In this document: positions 19,308 through 29,948 of the stretch, in pieces | Layout of the letters: every line of letters begins with the position of its first letter | Numbering within the stretch: the first letter of the stretch is position 1 | DNA from: an uncultured Eubacteriales bacterium | Lineage (GTDB): Bacteria; Bacillota; Clostridia; Oscillospirales; Acutalibacteraceae | Direction: 5' to 3' | Length of the DNA: 32,000 bases | Assembly: GCA_934729465.1 (NCBI GenBank) | Contig: CAKVEP010000010.1 | Location: 27,076-59,075, forward strand | Translations under genes and position numbers: made by a program | Notes under the pieces: model-generated | The model's input: the letters and a program-made list of their open reading frames with translations, nothing else | The model's database searches: none | What the model was told of the DNA's origin: nothing

Positions 19308-20414
19308 ATGAAAATATCGTGTAAAAATTCAACACTTGTTGAATCATTGTCAAATGTACAAAGAGCAGTTTCAGCAAAATCAAATATGCCAGTTTTAGAA
19401 GGTATATTAATAACAACTAACGAAAATACAATACAGCTTTGCGGATATAACATGGAACTCGGAATAAAAACAACAGTTGAAGCAAAAATTGAAGAACCAG
19501 GTGCAATTATAGTTAATGCTAGATTATTAACCGACATAACAAGAAAATTACCTCAGGATACTGTGGTTATGGAAGTCGACAAAAATTTAACTGTTAAAAT
19601 AACTTCCGGAGAAAGTGAATTTTCCTTAATTGGAGTAGAACCATCAGAATTTCCGGAACTTCCAAAAGTCGATAATCCTAACACTATAAAAATTCAAGCA
19701 TCTGTACTTAAAAGTATGATTAAACAAACCATATTTGCTGTTGCGGAAACTGATTCTAAGCCTATACATACAGGTACTTTGTTTGACATTAGAGATAAAA
19801 AAATTAAGCTGGTATCTGTTGACGGTTATCGTCTTGCTGTGAGAAGTGAGCAGATAAAAGAAGATTTTGAATTAAGATTCGTAGTTCCAGGGAAAACGTT
19901 AAATGAAATCTTGAAGCTTCTTCCGGATGATGAAGAAAAAACCGTTGAAATTCTCGTTGGAATGCGTCACATAACGTTTATAATAGAGAAATATTGCGTT
20001 ATTTCAAGACTTTTAGAAGGTGAGTTCCTTGATTATCAGTCTACTATCCCCGAGTTAAGCTCAACTAAGATTATTTCGGGAACAAGAGATTTAATAGACA
20101 GTGTGGAAAGAGTTTCTCTTATGATTACAGACAGATTAAAAAGTCCTGTTCGCTGCGTTATGTCTGATAACAGATTAAGACTCTCTTGTAATACGTCCAT
20201 AGGCAAGGCTGTTGATGAAATTAATGTTTTGGGTATCGGCGACTCTATTGAAATAGGTTTTAATAATAAATACATGATAGATGCTTTGAAAAATACTAAT
20301 ACTGATGAAGTCGAAATACAAATGAATGGTCCGTTAAGTCCTATAAAGATTGTCCCGAAAGATGGGGATTGTTTCTTGTTTTTAGTTCTTCCGGTTCGTT
20401 TAAAATCAGAGTAA
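19308..20414 (+). CDS. dnaN: DNA polymerase III beta sliding clamp
   Basis: 368 aa in the conserved position. It has the typical N-terminus MKISC..S.L...L..V..AVS.KS..P.L.GIL. Confidence 0.95.
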   Translation: MKISCKNSTLVESLSNVQRAVSAKSNMPVLEGILITTNENTIQLCGYNMELGIKTTVEAKIEEPGAIIVNARLLTDITRKLPQDTVVMEVDKNLTVKITSGESEFSLIGVEPSEFPELPKVDNPNTIKIQASVLKSMIKQTIFAVAETDSKPIHTGTLFDIRDKKIKLVSVDGYRLAVRSEQIKEDFELRFVVPGKTLNEILKLLPDDEEKTVEILVGMRHITFIIEKYCVISRLLEGEFLDYQSTIPELSSTKIISGTRDLIDSVERVSLMITDRLKSPVRCVMSDNRLRLSCNTSIGKAVDEINVLGIGDSIEIGFNNKYMIDALKNTNTDEVEIQMNGPLSPIKIVPKDGDCFLFLVLPVRLKSE

Positions 20415-20426
20415 GGGGATGAATTT

Positions 20427-20645
20427 ATGAAAAAAGTTAATATAAAAGGCGAGTATATAAGATTAGATTCTCTTTTAAAATTTGTGGGTGCAGTCCAAAC
20501 CGGCGGAACTGCAAAAATTTTGATAACTTCGGGCGAGGTTAGTGTTGATGGCGAAGTGTGTACTATGAGAGGGAAAAAAATAAGAGAAGGAAATGTTGTT
20601 AAAGTAGAAGGCAAAGAATACGGGGTGCAGGCGAGTTGTACGTAA
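20427..20645 (+). CDS. yaaA: S4-domain RNA-binding protein YaaA
   Basis: 72 aa, with IRLDSLLKFVGAVQTGG.AK and GEV.V.GEV...RGKKI. It is in the conserved dnaN-recF position. Confidence 0.85.
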   Translation: MKKVNIKGEYIRLDSLLKFVGAVQTGGTAKILITSGEVSVDGEVCTMRGKKIREGNVVKVEGKEYGVQASCT

Positions 20646-21748
20646 CAAGAATGTCGTACAAGGGCTACAGAAATCTTTCCGACAGTCAAATAGAACTCGA
20701 CAGCGGAGTTAATATTATTTACGGCGAAAATGCTCAGGGTAAGACAAATTTCCTCGAAACCGTGTGGTTATTAGCGGGAGGTCGTTCTTTCAGGGGAACT
20801 AAAGATTCAGATTTAATAAAATTCGGAGCAGATACGGCGAGTATAAAAGGGGAGTTCTTTTCAGAAGAAAGAAACCAATCTATAGAGATTAAGATAAAAG
20901 ACGGAGCTCGAAAGGCGTTTTTGAATGAGGTGGACAGAGGCAGAGCTTCACAGATTGTTGGAACGTTTAGAGCTGTTATTTTTTCTCCGTCGCACCTTCA
21001 GCTTATTAAGGGGGGGCCCGACAACAGAAGACGTTTAATCGATACTATAATATGTCAACTAAAACCGACATACATTTCTGTTCTTTCAAGGTATAATCAG
21101 GTATTAAGGCAGAGAAACGCTTTGCTTAAAGAAATGTTTACAAAGAAGTTCGACCCTTTTGTTTTAGAGGTGTGGGACAAAAAACTCGCAGAATACGGCG
21201 CTTTTATAGTTAAGGAAAGAGTAAAATATGTTAAAATGATTGAAGAAAAGGCTAAGACTATCTATCAAGGAATATCCGGGGGCAGAGAAAATTTAAGCTT
21301 AAAGTACAGTACGGTGCTTCCTATTTCGGAAGATTTTAAAATTGAAGAGGTCGTACAAAAACTTAAAGAGAGGCTTTCCGACAGCAGAGACTACGATTCT
21401 AAGATAGGATACACTTCAAAAGGTCCTCACAGGGACGACATTGAATTCTTTTTGGACGGTAAACCTGTTAAAAAATTTGCTTCTCAGGGACAACAGAGGT
21501 CTTGTGTTCTGGCTGTAAAACTTGCTGAGGCGAGCGTTATGGAAGAGATGTCGGGGGAAAAGCCCGTGATTTTATTTGACGACGTTATGAGTGAGCTTGA
21601 CTTAGGACGCCAGAATTATATTATGAACTGTATAAATGGGTGGCAGGTTATAATTACGTGTTGCGAGGTGTCGGTTATGGAAAAGCTCAGGGCGGGTAAA
21701 CTGTTAAGGATAGAGCAGGGTAATTTAGCAGAAGAGAAGATGGTGTGA
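20636..21748 (+). CDS. recF: DNA replication and repair protein RecF
   Basis: Walker A GENAQGKTN, signature SQGQQRS and Walker B ILFDDV. The TTG start overlaps yaaA by 10 nt. Confidence 0.93.
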   Translation: MYVTRMSYKGYRNLSDSQIELDSGVNIIYGENAQGKTNFLETVWLLAGGRSFRGTKDSDLIKFGADTASIKGEFFSEERNQSIEIKIKDGARKAFLNEVDRGRASQIVGTFRAVIFSPSHLQLIKGGPDNRRRLIDTIICQLKPTYISVLSRYNQVLRQRNALLKEMFTKKFDPFVLEVWDKKLAEYGAFIVKERVKYVKMIEEKAKTIYQGISGGRENLSLKYSTVLPISEDFKIEEVVQKLKERLSDSRDYDSKIGYTSKGPHRDDIEFFLDGKPVKKFASQGQQRSCVLAVKLAEASVMEEMSGEKPVILFDDVMSELDLGRQNYIMNCINGWQVIITCCEVSVMEKLRAGKLLRIEQGNLAEEKMV

Positions 21749-21751
21749 GAA

Positions 21752-22009
21752 ATGTTTCTTCATTTAGGCGAAAATGTGGTCTTGAAAGACACTGACATTA
21801 TTGGTATATTTGATTTGGATAATACCACTGTTTCTAAAGTCAGCAGGAATTTTTTGGAGTGTATGGAGAAAAAGGGAAAGGTAATTAATGTGTCTGAAAA
21901 ATTGCCAAAGTCGTTTTTGGTAAGCGTGTATGGCGGCGAAGATAAAGTTTATATAAGTCAGATGTCGCCTTTAACGCTCAACAAGCGAAATCAGGAATTT
22001 TCTGTTTGA
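21752..22009 (+). CDS. remB: DUF370 / RemB (YaaB)-like small protein
   Basis: 85 aa, with N-terminus MFLHLGENVVLKDTDIIGIFDLD. It is in the conserved recF-gyrB position. Confidence 0.8.
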   Translation: MFLHLGENVVLKDTDIIGIFDLDNTTVSKVSRNFLECMEKKGKVINVSEKLPKSFLVSVYGGEDKVYISQMSPLTLNKRNQEFSV

Positions 22010-22030
22010 GATAAAATAAAATGATTTGAG

Positions 22031-22474
22031 GTGGTTGTTATAAAAAACAGGGCTGTGTTGCCGGACTGCCCATATTGTGGGGCAAGGCTTGGATATTTAC
22101 AATCTTTTGTTGTTAAGAACAGGTCGCTTTACAAATGCAGGAGTTGCGGAAAGAAATCTTGCGTTGATTTAAAATATGTGTTTTATAATGTTTTGTCTGT
22201 TGTGGCTGTGATTTGCGTGGTGATATTTGCGTTTTCACTTGCTGCGGGCGGAGGGTTTGTTTTGTTTGGATTGGCTGTAATTTTACTTGTGTTCTTAGGG
22301 TTTTACTCGGTTACACCTTACATGGTCATCCTAAAAAGAGCCACCGAAAAACAGGAAAAAAAGAAAAAATTCCAAAAAACGAAAAAAATTAAACAAACTA
22401 AAGATGTTTTACACGACGTTAAGACGGAAAACGCAGGTGATTTCGAAAAAGACAAAGACATATTTAGTAATTAA
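22031..22474 (+). CDS. Hypothetical zinc-ribbon membrane protein with a Lys-rich tail
   Basis: GTG start. It has CPYC...CRSC (two CxxC pairs), two hydrophobic helices and a KQEKKKKFQKTKKIKQTK tail. It is not part of the canonical origin cluster. Confidence 0.55.
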   Translation: MVVIKNRAVLPDCPYCGARLGYLQSFVVKNRSLYKCRSCGKKSCVDLKYVFYNVLSVVAVICVVIFAFSLAAGGGFVLFGLAVILLVFLGFYSVTPYMVILKRATEKQEKKKKFQKTKKIKQTKDVLHDVKTENAGDFEKDKDIFSN

Positions 22475-24469
<1,995 letters not shown>

Positions 24470-24512
24470 TATTGATTGCTCCGAGAGGGGTGAGTGCTGA
24501 ACTTGGGGCGTC

Positions 24513-24540
24513 TTGAAAATTTTTACATAAAAGATATAAT
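24513..24540 (+). promoter_or_regulatory. Promoter-like element in the gyrB-gyrA spacer
   Basis: TTGAAA (24513-24518), a 16-nt spacer, then TATAAT (24535-24540). Confidence 0.45.
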
Positions 24541-24579
24541 AAATATGAATGTCTAAATTTTAGTAAAGAGGAGAAATTT

Positions 24580-25320
24580 ATGGATAATAAAAATGTGCGC
24601 AATGATGACGATTATGGGGGAGTAGATAGTAATATGGATTTGTCTGAAGAAGATCGAGAGTGTTCCATTCTAAACGAGGAAAGAAAAATTGAAGAAGATT
24701 TAAAGCAAGCAGAAAAAGAAGACAGTGAAAAAGATGAAGAAGAACAGGCTGTTGAATGGGATGGCTCTGAGGCTTTCCGAGTGGAGGACAAAGACGCCGA
24801 AGATTATGAGGAAAACACAACCGGAGTAAGAATTACTTATAAGCTCGAAAAAGAGGAAATTTACAAAAGCTTGAAACACAGCAAAATTTATAAGAAAAAC
24901 GTATCTATGCAGGTTAAGCATACGGTTGTTCAGGTTATTTTAATTTTACTGCTTATAATTGCTTCGGTTATTATGAAAAATCGTGTGTATGCTTACACGG
25001 CTATGGTTCCGTTGGTGTCGATTATTGGAATATGGATTTTACCGATTGTAAGCATAAAAAAATTATCGAGGGATATGTGTAAAGACAAAAACGTCAGCAT
25101 TGAGATTTTTCCTGATGTTATAGAAGTTGACGTGAACGGAGTAAAAAGTGAAATCCTTTTGGATGGCGAGTGTGAATGCGAGGAGTTTGACGGATTAATA
25201 ATTTTAAACCCGTCGAAAGGCTCGAGTTTGATAATACCGGTAAGGTCTATTGAACCGGAATTTCTTCCGGATGTGCAGGCTATGATTGTTTCGGGGACGC
25301 TGCCGAGGAAAGAGGATTAA
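24580..25320 (+). CDS. Hypothetical membrane protein: acidic N-terminus, two TM helices and a C-terminal domain (possibly YcxB-like)
   Basis: 246 aa with a strong SD (AAAGAGGAG). It has an E/D-rich first 80 residues and two adjacent hydrophobic helices, then a ~90-aa domain. The family assignment is from memory of that architecture only. Confidence 0.65.
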   Translation: MDNKNVRNDDDYGGVDSNMDLSEEDRECSILNEERKIEEDLKQAEKEDSEKDEEEQAVEWDGSEAFRVEDKDAEDYEENTTGVRITYKLEKEEIYKSLKHSKIYKKNVSMQVKHTVVQVILILLLIIASVIMKNRVYAYTAMVPLVSIIGIWILPIVSIKKLSRDMCKDKNVSIEIFPDVIEVDVNGVKSEILLDGECECEEFDGLIILNPSKGSSLIIPVRSIEPEFLPDVQAMIVSGTLPRKED

Positions 25321-25347
25321 CCTAGACGGTGAAAGGGTGTAAATTAG

Positions 25348-27807
25348 ATGGAGTTGGACCAAGAAAATGAAATTGTGGAACAAAAGGTTATTGACGTTGA
25401 TATAGAAAAAGAAATGAAAAAATCTTTTTTGGATTATTCAATGTCGGTAATAGTTTCAAGGGCGCTGCCGGATGTTAGAGATGGACTTAAGCCTGTGCAC
25501 AGGAGGATTTTATACACGCTTTTTGAAGATGGACTCGGTCCTGATAAGGCGTATAGAAAATGTGCAAACACGGTAGGTTCTGTGTTGGGAAGGTACCACC
25601 CTCACGGAGATGCGTCTGTGTATGACGCTTTAGTAAGGCTAGCGCAAGACTTTTCAATGAGGTATATGCTTGTTGACGGTCACGGAAACTTCGGTTCGGT
25701 TGACGGTGACCCTCCGGCTGCTTACAGGTACACGGAGTCCAGAATGAGCAAGATTGCGGTTGAAATGCTAACTGACATAGAAAAAGAAACTGTTGATTTT
25801 ATGTCTAACTACGACGACAGACTCAAAGAACCTGTTGTGTTGCCGTCAAGGTTCCCGAACCTTCTGGTTAACGGCTCAACGGGTATAGCTGTTGGAATGG
25901 CAACGAACATTCCGCCTCACAACATGAATGAGGTGGTTAATGCGGTAAGCTTTTTAATCGACAATCCCGATGCTGAGCTTTCTGAGCTTATGGAATACAT
26001 TAAGGGTCCGGACTTCCCGACTGGTGGAATTATTATGGGTCACTCCGGTATAAGGGCGGCGTATGCAACCGGTAGAGGTAAGATAACGGTCAGGGCTAAA
26101 ACCGAAATCGTTGAGGGGAAAAACGGTAGGTTCAAAATAATCGTTACAGAGTTGCCGTATCAGGTGAATAAGGCAAGGCTTATTGAGAGTATTGCCGACA
26201 TGGTCAAGGATAAAAAAATCGAGGGTATATCAAATATAGACGACCACTCAGACAGAAATGGTATGCACATCGAAATAGACGTTAAAAGAGACGCTTCACC
26301 ACAGATTGTTTTAAATCAGTTGTATTCATACTCTCAGCTCCAGATAACATTCGGGGCTATCATGCTTGCGATTGTGGGCGGCGAACCTAAAATTTTAACT
26401 CTCAAACAGATGCTTGAGCATTACATAAAATTCCAGATAGAGGTTGTTACTAGGCGCACCAAATTTGAACTCAGAAAGGCCGAAGAGAGAGCTCATATTT
26501 TAGAAGGCTTAAAGGTCGCTCTTGACTATATAGACGAAGTTATAGCAATTTTAAGGTCTTCAAAGTCTGTTGCGGAGGGCAAGGAAAGACTTTCCCAAAG
26601 ATTCGGGCTTGACGATGTTCAAACTCAGGCGATAGTTCAGATGCCTCTTGGAAGGCTTACTGGTCTTGAAAGAGAAAAAATAGAGAATGAATTAGCTGTT
26701 CTTGCTGATAAAATCAAGGATTTTAAAGACATATTAGCAACTCCTGAGAGACTGCAAGGTATAGTTAAAGAAGAGCTTATGGCGATAAAGGAACGCTTTA
26801 AAGACGAAAGACGTACTGAAATTGTCGCAGTTAGCGGCGAGGTTGACATAGAGGATTTGATTCCTAAAGAAGAGTGCGTTGTGACTATAACACGTTTTGG
26901 ATACGTTAAAAGACAAAAAATGGATAACTATAAACTCCAAAAGAGAGGTGGAAGAGGCGTTTCGGGCATGACTCGTCGTGAAGAAGACGTTGTTTGGGAA
27001 ATGTCGATAGCAAATAGTCACGACTATTTAATGTTCTTTACTAATCTCGGAAAGGTTTACAAAATAAAATGTTATGAAATTCCCGAAGGCTCCAGAACCT
27101 CAAAGGGTATAAATGTTGCAAATCTAATTCCGATTTCCGGTGATGAAAGAGTAACCTCTATGATAAGGGTTCCGGAGTTTGAAGACGGCAAATATCTTGA
27201 TATGGTTACAAAATTCGGAATAATCAAGCGTACGGAACTAAACGCTTTCAGCACGACGAGAAAGGGCGGAATAGTTGCGTTGGTTCTCGACGACGGCGAT
27301 GAGCTTTCTTGGGTTCGCTTGACGGGTGGCAACGATGAATTGATTGTCGCAACGAAGAAGGGAAAGGCTATCAGGTTCCACGAAACAGATGTTAGGTGTA
27401 TGAGCAGAAAGGCAAGAGGAGTATTTGCCATGCGTTTGGACGAAGGCGATATTGTTACCGGAATGATAGTGGTTGACAAGGAAAGTAAGGTTCTTACCAT
27501 ATCCGAGACGGGCTACGGAAGACTTTCTGACGTTGAGGATTACAGACTTCAGTCCAGAGGCGGAAGAGGTGTAACTAATTATCATTTCGAGAAGTATGGC
27601 GATGTTGCTGCTATAGGAAACGTTAAGCCCGACGAAGACGTTATTATAATTTCTGAAAACGGTGTTATTATTAGAATCGTTGGAAGCTCTATACGTGAAT
27701 GTGCAAGACCTTCTAAGGGCGTTAGAGTGATGAGGACAGCAGAAGACAACAAGGTTGTTGCAGCTACTTGTATTCCTCACGAGGAAGACGAAATCCAAGT
27801 AGAATAA
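25348..27807 (+). CDS. gyrA: DNA gyrase subunit A
   Basis: 819 aa, with the QRDR sequence [17 protein letters not shown], the active-site Tyr region [10 protein letters not shown], and C-terminal beta-pinwheel repeats. Confidence 0.97.
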   Translation: MELDQENEIVEQKVIDVDIEKEMKKSFLDYSMSVIVSRALPDVRDGLKPVHRRILYTLFEDGLGPDKAYRKCANTVGSVLGRYHPHGDASVYDALVRLAQDFSMRYMLVDGHGNFGSVDGDPPAAYRYTESRMSKIAVEMLTDIEKETVDFMSNYDDRLKEPVVLPSRFPNLLVNGSTGIAVGMATNIPPHNMNEVVNAVSFLIDNPDAELSELMEYIKGPDFPTGGIIMGHSGIRAAYATGRGKITVRAKTEIVEGKNGRFKIIVTELPYQVNKARLIESIADMVKDKKIEGISNIDDHSDRNGMHIEIDVKRDASPQIVLNQLYSYSQLQITFGAIMLAIVGGEPKILTLKQMLEHYIKFQIEVVTRRTKFELRKAEERAHILEGLKVALDYIDEVIAILRSSKSVAEGKERLSQRFGLDDVQTQAIVQMPLGRLTGLEREKIENELAVLADKIKDFKDILATPERLQGIVKEELMAIKERFKDERRTEIVAVSGEVDIEDLIPKEECVVTITRFGYVKRQKMDNYKLQKRGGRGVSGMTRREEDVVWEMSIANSHDYLMFFTNLGKVYKIKCYEIPEGSRTSKGINVANLIPISGDERVTSMIRVPEFEDGKYLDMVTKFGIIKRTELNAFSTTRKGGIVALVLDDGDELSWVRLTGGNDELIVATKKGKAIRFHETDVRCMSRKARGVFAMRLDEGDIVTGMIVVDKESKVLTISETGYGRLSDVEDYRLQSRGGRGVTNYHFEKYGDVAAIGNVKPDEDVIIISENGVIIRIVGSSIRECARPSKGVRVMRTAEDNKVVAATCIPHEEDEIQVE

Positions 27808-27859
27808 AACTTTTAGTGGTGGCACATGAATGTTATATTTAAGGGCGATGAGGCTTTAA

Positions 27860-28003
27860 ATGGGACTTATTAAAACAGTATTGCTGAGCGCTTTCGGGAC
27901 TATCGTATGCGGCAGTGTTATTGAGCGGTGGCTTACCCGTAAAATATCTGTTGCGATGAATACCTTAAAAGAACGTATGATAAAAGAAAAACACATAAAT
28001 TAA
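27860..28003 (+). CDS. Micro-ORF P1, 47 aa: MGLIKTVLLSAFGTIVCGSVIERWLTRKISVAMNTLKERMIKEKHIN
   Basis: Hand translation. A GAGG lies 7 nt before the ATG. There is no terminator between gyrA and this ORF. It is a paralogue of P3 (KTVLL; K[IV].[SV]A[MT].N). Confidence 0.5.
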   Translation: MGLIKTVLLSAFGTIVCGSVIERWLTRKISVAMNTLKERMIKEKHIN

Positions 28004-28009
28004 AACGAG

Positions 28010-28040
28010 AGTCGGTCGCTAACGGTCGGCTTTCCTTTTG
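28010..28040 (+). terminator. Possible terminator after P1
   Basis: 9-bp stem AGTCGGTCG / CGGTCGGCT (three G-U pairs) with loop CTAA, followed by TTCCTTTT. Confidence 0.4.
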
Positions 28041-28076
28041 GTGATACACAATAAATTAAAATTTTATAATAAATAA

Positions 28077-28105
28077 TTGACATTTTATTAAATTAATATT
28101 ATAAT
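28077..28105 (+). promoter_or_regulatory. Consensus sigma-A promoter (P2 module)
   Basis: TTGACA (28077-28082), a 17-nt spacer, then TATAAT (28100-28105). Confidence 0.65.
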
Positions 28106-28135
28106 TAAAACAAAGGAGGGAATTTAAAAAAGTTT

Positions 28136-28285
28136 TTGATAATTTCTGTAGGTAATTTATTAGGTGCAGCTGCTGTTGCAGTTCCGACGATTATAATTTG
28201 GAATAGTAAAGTAAATGCAATGGAAAATGAAGCTACACAGATAATTAGAGATGGAGTCAGAAAAGCTATTAATAAAAATAGTTAA
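28136..28285 (+). CDS. Micro-ORF P2, 49 aa if TTG-initiated: (M)IISVGNLLGAAAVAVPTIIIWNSKVNAMENEATQIIRDGVRKAINKNS; an N-terminally truncated paralogue of P4
   Basis: It aligns codon for codon with P4, but the ATG and the first 8 codons are replaced by the promoter/SD module. The only in-frame start is a TTG ~15 nt after GGAGGG, so this may be a pseudogene. Confidence 0.3.
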   Translation: MIISVGNLLGAAAVAVPTIIIWNSKVNAMENEATQIIRDGVRKAINKNS

Positions 28286-28309
28286 GTTGAACTAAAAATT
28301 AAAAAACAG

Positions 28310-28338
28310 TTGACATTAAGTTGTGTTCATGTTATAAT
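28310..28338 (+). promoter_or_regulatory. Consensus sigma-A promoter (P3)
   Basis: TTGACA (28310-28315), a 17-nt spacer, then TATAAT (28333-28338). Confidence 0.65.
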
Positions 28339-28368
28339 TAAATTAATAAAGGTAAAGGGGAAATTTAA

Positions 28369-28539
28369 ATGCAAATTTTAAAAACAGTATTATTAGTTGC
28401 TTTGAGTAGAGCAGTAACTATTGGTGTTTCTGTAGGGGTAGTATGGGTAACTGTTTGGGCTATGAAGAAAAAGGTTGTTTCTGCCACACGTAATGTAATG
28501 AATGCTTGTGTTGAAGAAGCTGCTTTGGCAGGAAGATAG
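28369..28539 (+). CDS. Micro-ORF P3, 56 aa: MQILKTVLLVALSRAVTIGVSVGVVWVTVWAMKKKVVSATRNVMNACVEEAALAGR
   Basis: Hand translation. An AAAGGGG SD lies 8 nt before the ATG, and the consensus promoter is 30 nt upstream of the SD. Confidence 0.6.
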   Translation: MQILKTVLLVALSRAVTIGVSVGVVWVTVWAMKKKVVSATRNVMNACVEEAALAGR

Positions 28540-28662
28540 ATTTAGGCGGAATATTTATAGTTGTTGCAAGGTGATAGGTTTTATATATTACTAAAAAATT
28601 TCGTAATATGTTTAATTGAAAATATAATGGTGCAATTTAATATATTAGAAGGAGAATTTTAA

Positions 28663-28824
28663 ATGATAGATTTTTTAAAAAAGTTTTTGATAATTTCTGT
28701 AGGTAATTTATTAGGTACAGCTGCTGTTGCAGTTCCGATGATTATAATTTTGAATAGTAAAGTAAATGCAATGGAAAATGAAGCTATACAGATGATTAGA
28801 GAAGTTATTAATGGAAATAGTTAA
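28663..28824 (+). CDS. Micro-ORF P4, 53 aa: MIDFLKKFLIISVGNLLGTAAVAVPMIIILNSKVNAMENEAIQMIREVINGNS
   Basis: Hand translation. An AAGGAG SD lies 8 nt before the ATG. Its own promoter is unclear (a TATAAT at 28623-28628 with a poor -35), so it may be read through from P3. Confidence 0.55.
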   Translation: MIDFLKKFLIISVGNLLGTAAVAVPMIIILNSKVNAMENEAIQMIREVINGNS

Positions 28825-28849
28825 GTTGAACTAAAAATTAAAAAAACAG

Positions 28850-28878
28850 TTGACATTTTATTAAGTTAATGTTATAAT
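28850..28878 (+). promoter_or_regulatory. Consensus sigma-A promoter (P5 module; homologous to the P2 module)
   Basis: TTGACA (28850-28855), a 17-nt spacer, then TATAAT (28873-28878). Confidence 0.65.
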
Positions 28879-28910
28879 TAAAGCGAGAATAAAACAAAGG
28901 AGGAATTCAA

Positions 28911-29021
28911 ATGAAAACTTTTAAAAAAATATTGATGATTTATACAGCTAATGTTCTAAGTTTAGCAACTGTTAGAGGAATAGAAATATTAATTTGTACG
29001 AAAACAGATTGGCTTAGTTAA
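28911..29021 (+). CDS. Micro-ORF P5, 36 aa: MKTFKKILMIYTANVLSLATVRGIEILICTKTDWLS
   Basis: Hand translation. An AAAGGAGG SD lies 7 nt before the ATG. Confidence 0.55.
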   Translation: MKTFKKILMIYTANVLSLATVRGIEILICTKTDWLS

Positions 29022-29057
29022 TAAGTGCATTTTCCTAAGTTTATGCTATGAGAAAGG

Positions 29058-29083
29058 CTAGCTGGTAACAGCTAGTTTTTTTT
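29058..29083 (+). terminator. Intrinsic terminator after P5
   Basis: CTAGCTG, loop GTAA, CAGCTAG, followed by eight T. Confidence 0.75.
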
Positions 29084-29125
29084 ATTAAGGAGCAAAAATA
29101 AGTTTTAAATTTATTTTAAAAATAG

Positions 29126-29154
29126 TTGACTTTGAGTTGAATCTATGTTTTAAT
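29126..29154 (+). promoter_or_regulatory. Sigma-A-type promoter (P6)
   Basis: TTGACT (29126-29131), a 17-nt spacer, then TTTAAT (29149-29154). Confidence 0.55.
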
Positions 29155-29184
29155 TGAATTAACAAAAGTAAAGGAGGAATTCAA

Positions 29185-29295
29185 ATGAAAACTTTTAAAA
29201 AAATATTGATGATTTATACAGCTAATGTTCTAAGTTTAGCAACTGTTAGAGGAATAGAAATATTAATTTGTACGAAAACAGATTGGCTTAGTTAA
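29185..29295 (+). CDS. Micro-ORF P6, 36 aa, identical to P5
   Basis: It is the second copy of the 274-bp unit. Confidence 0.55.
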   Translation: MKTFKKILMIYTANVLSLATVRGIEILICTKTDWLS

Positions 29296-29331
29296 TAAGT
29301 GCATTTTCCTAAGTTTATGCTATGAGAAAGG

Positions 29332-29357
29332 CTAGCTGGTAACAGCTAGTTTTTTTT
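29332..29357 (+). terminator. Intrinsic terminator after P6
   Basis: Identical to 29058-29083. Confidence 0.75.
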
Positions 29358-29399
29358 ATTAAGGAGCAAAAATAAGTTTTAAATTTATTTTAAAAATAG

Positions 29400-29428
29400 T
29401 TGACTTTGAGTTGAATCTATGTTTTAAT
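29400..29428 (+). promoter_or_regulatory. Sigma-A-type promoter (P7)
   Basis: Identical to 29126-29154. Confidence 0.55.
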
Positions 29429-29458
29429 TGAATTAACAAAAGTAAAGGAGGAATTCAA

Positions 29459-29590
29459 ATGAAATTAACTGGAAGAGCTTTGTTTGATAATTTTAGCAAA
29501 TATTTAGTTTCGATTTCAATTAAAATAAGAAATGAATTAAATAAAAATACTCAAGTGCTACCGCCTAACAAGAGGCAAGAAAAGAAATAA
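29459..29590 (+). CDS. Micro-ORF P7, 43 aa, basic and not hydrophobic: MKLTGRALFDNFSKYLVSISIKIRNELNKNTQVLPPNKRQEKK
   Basis: It uses the same promoter/SD/ATG-AAA module as P5 and P6 but has an unrelated body. A strong terminator follows. Confidence 0.4.
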   Translation: MKLTGRALFDNFSKYLVSISIKIRNELNKNTQVLPPNKRQEKK

Positions 29591-29624
29591 TTTGATTTAT
29601 AAATGCATATATTGAATAAAGTTG

Positions 29625-29657
29625 AAAGTCAGCTAGCAAAGGCTGACTTTTTATTTT
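29625..29657 (+). terminator. Intrinsic terminator after P7
   Basis: AAAGTCAGC (29625-29633) / GCTGACTTT (29642-29650), followed by TTATTTTTATT. Confidence 0.75.
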
Positions 29658-29948
29658 TATTAAAATTTAATTCATGTTTAATAAATATTAAAGTATATGA
29701 GTTGAATTTTTAATTGCTTTTGTGTTAGCATATGCTTTAATAATGAGTATAATTAGCAATTTAGATATCAGAAATTTATTTTAAAGAAACGAGGTTGGTT
29801 TTAATAAGTTACAATTTAGCAAGGTATTTGAGATGCTTTATAGGAAACCTGATAACTTATGGATTTTTATATTGGCGTTTTAAACCTTATGTTGATGAAT
29901 ACATCGTAAAAGGTGTGAATGGGGCGAAAAATATAAGAAGCAAAGCAG

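Larger units (their letters stand above)
28896..29464. repeat. Perfect tandem duplication: 274-bp unit, about 2.08 copies
   Basis: 28896-29169 equals 29170-29443 by direct comparison. A third partial copy (29444-29464) covers the SD, ATG and AAA only. Confidence 0.95.

Noticed and set aside
27808-28100. An rRNA operon or tRNA genes downstream of gyrA, as in many Firmicute origin regions
   Set aside because: There is no 16S-like sequence or tRNA cloverleaf in this stretch, or anywhere else in the window. The only rRNA-like sequences are the two 5S genes at 3.7 and 4.5 kb.
28911-29295. P5/P6 as AgrD-like autoinducing-peptide precursors (amphipathic N-terminus, single Cys near the C-terminus)
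   Set aside because: There is no AgrB-type processing gene and no histidine kinase or response regulator nearby. The acidic C-terminal recognition tail typical of AgrD is absent.
28077-29464. Whether the repeated short blocks in the peptide array are a CRISPR array
   Set aside because: The repeats are promoter/SD modules and a 274-bp unit that contain ORFs and terminators. There is no series of 25-40 nt direct repeats with uniform unique spacers, and there are no cas genes.
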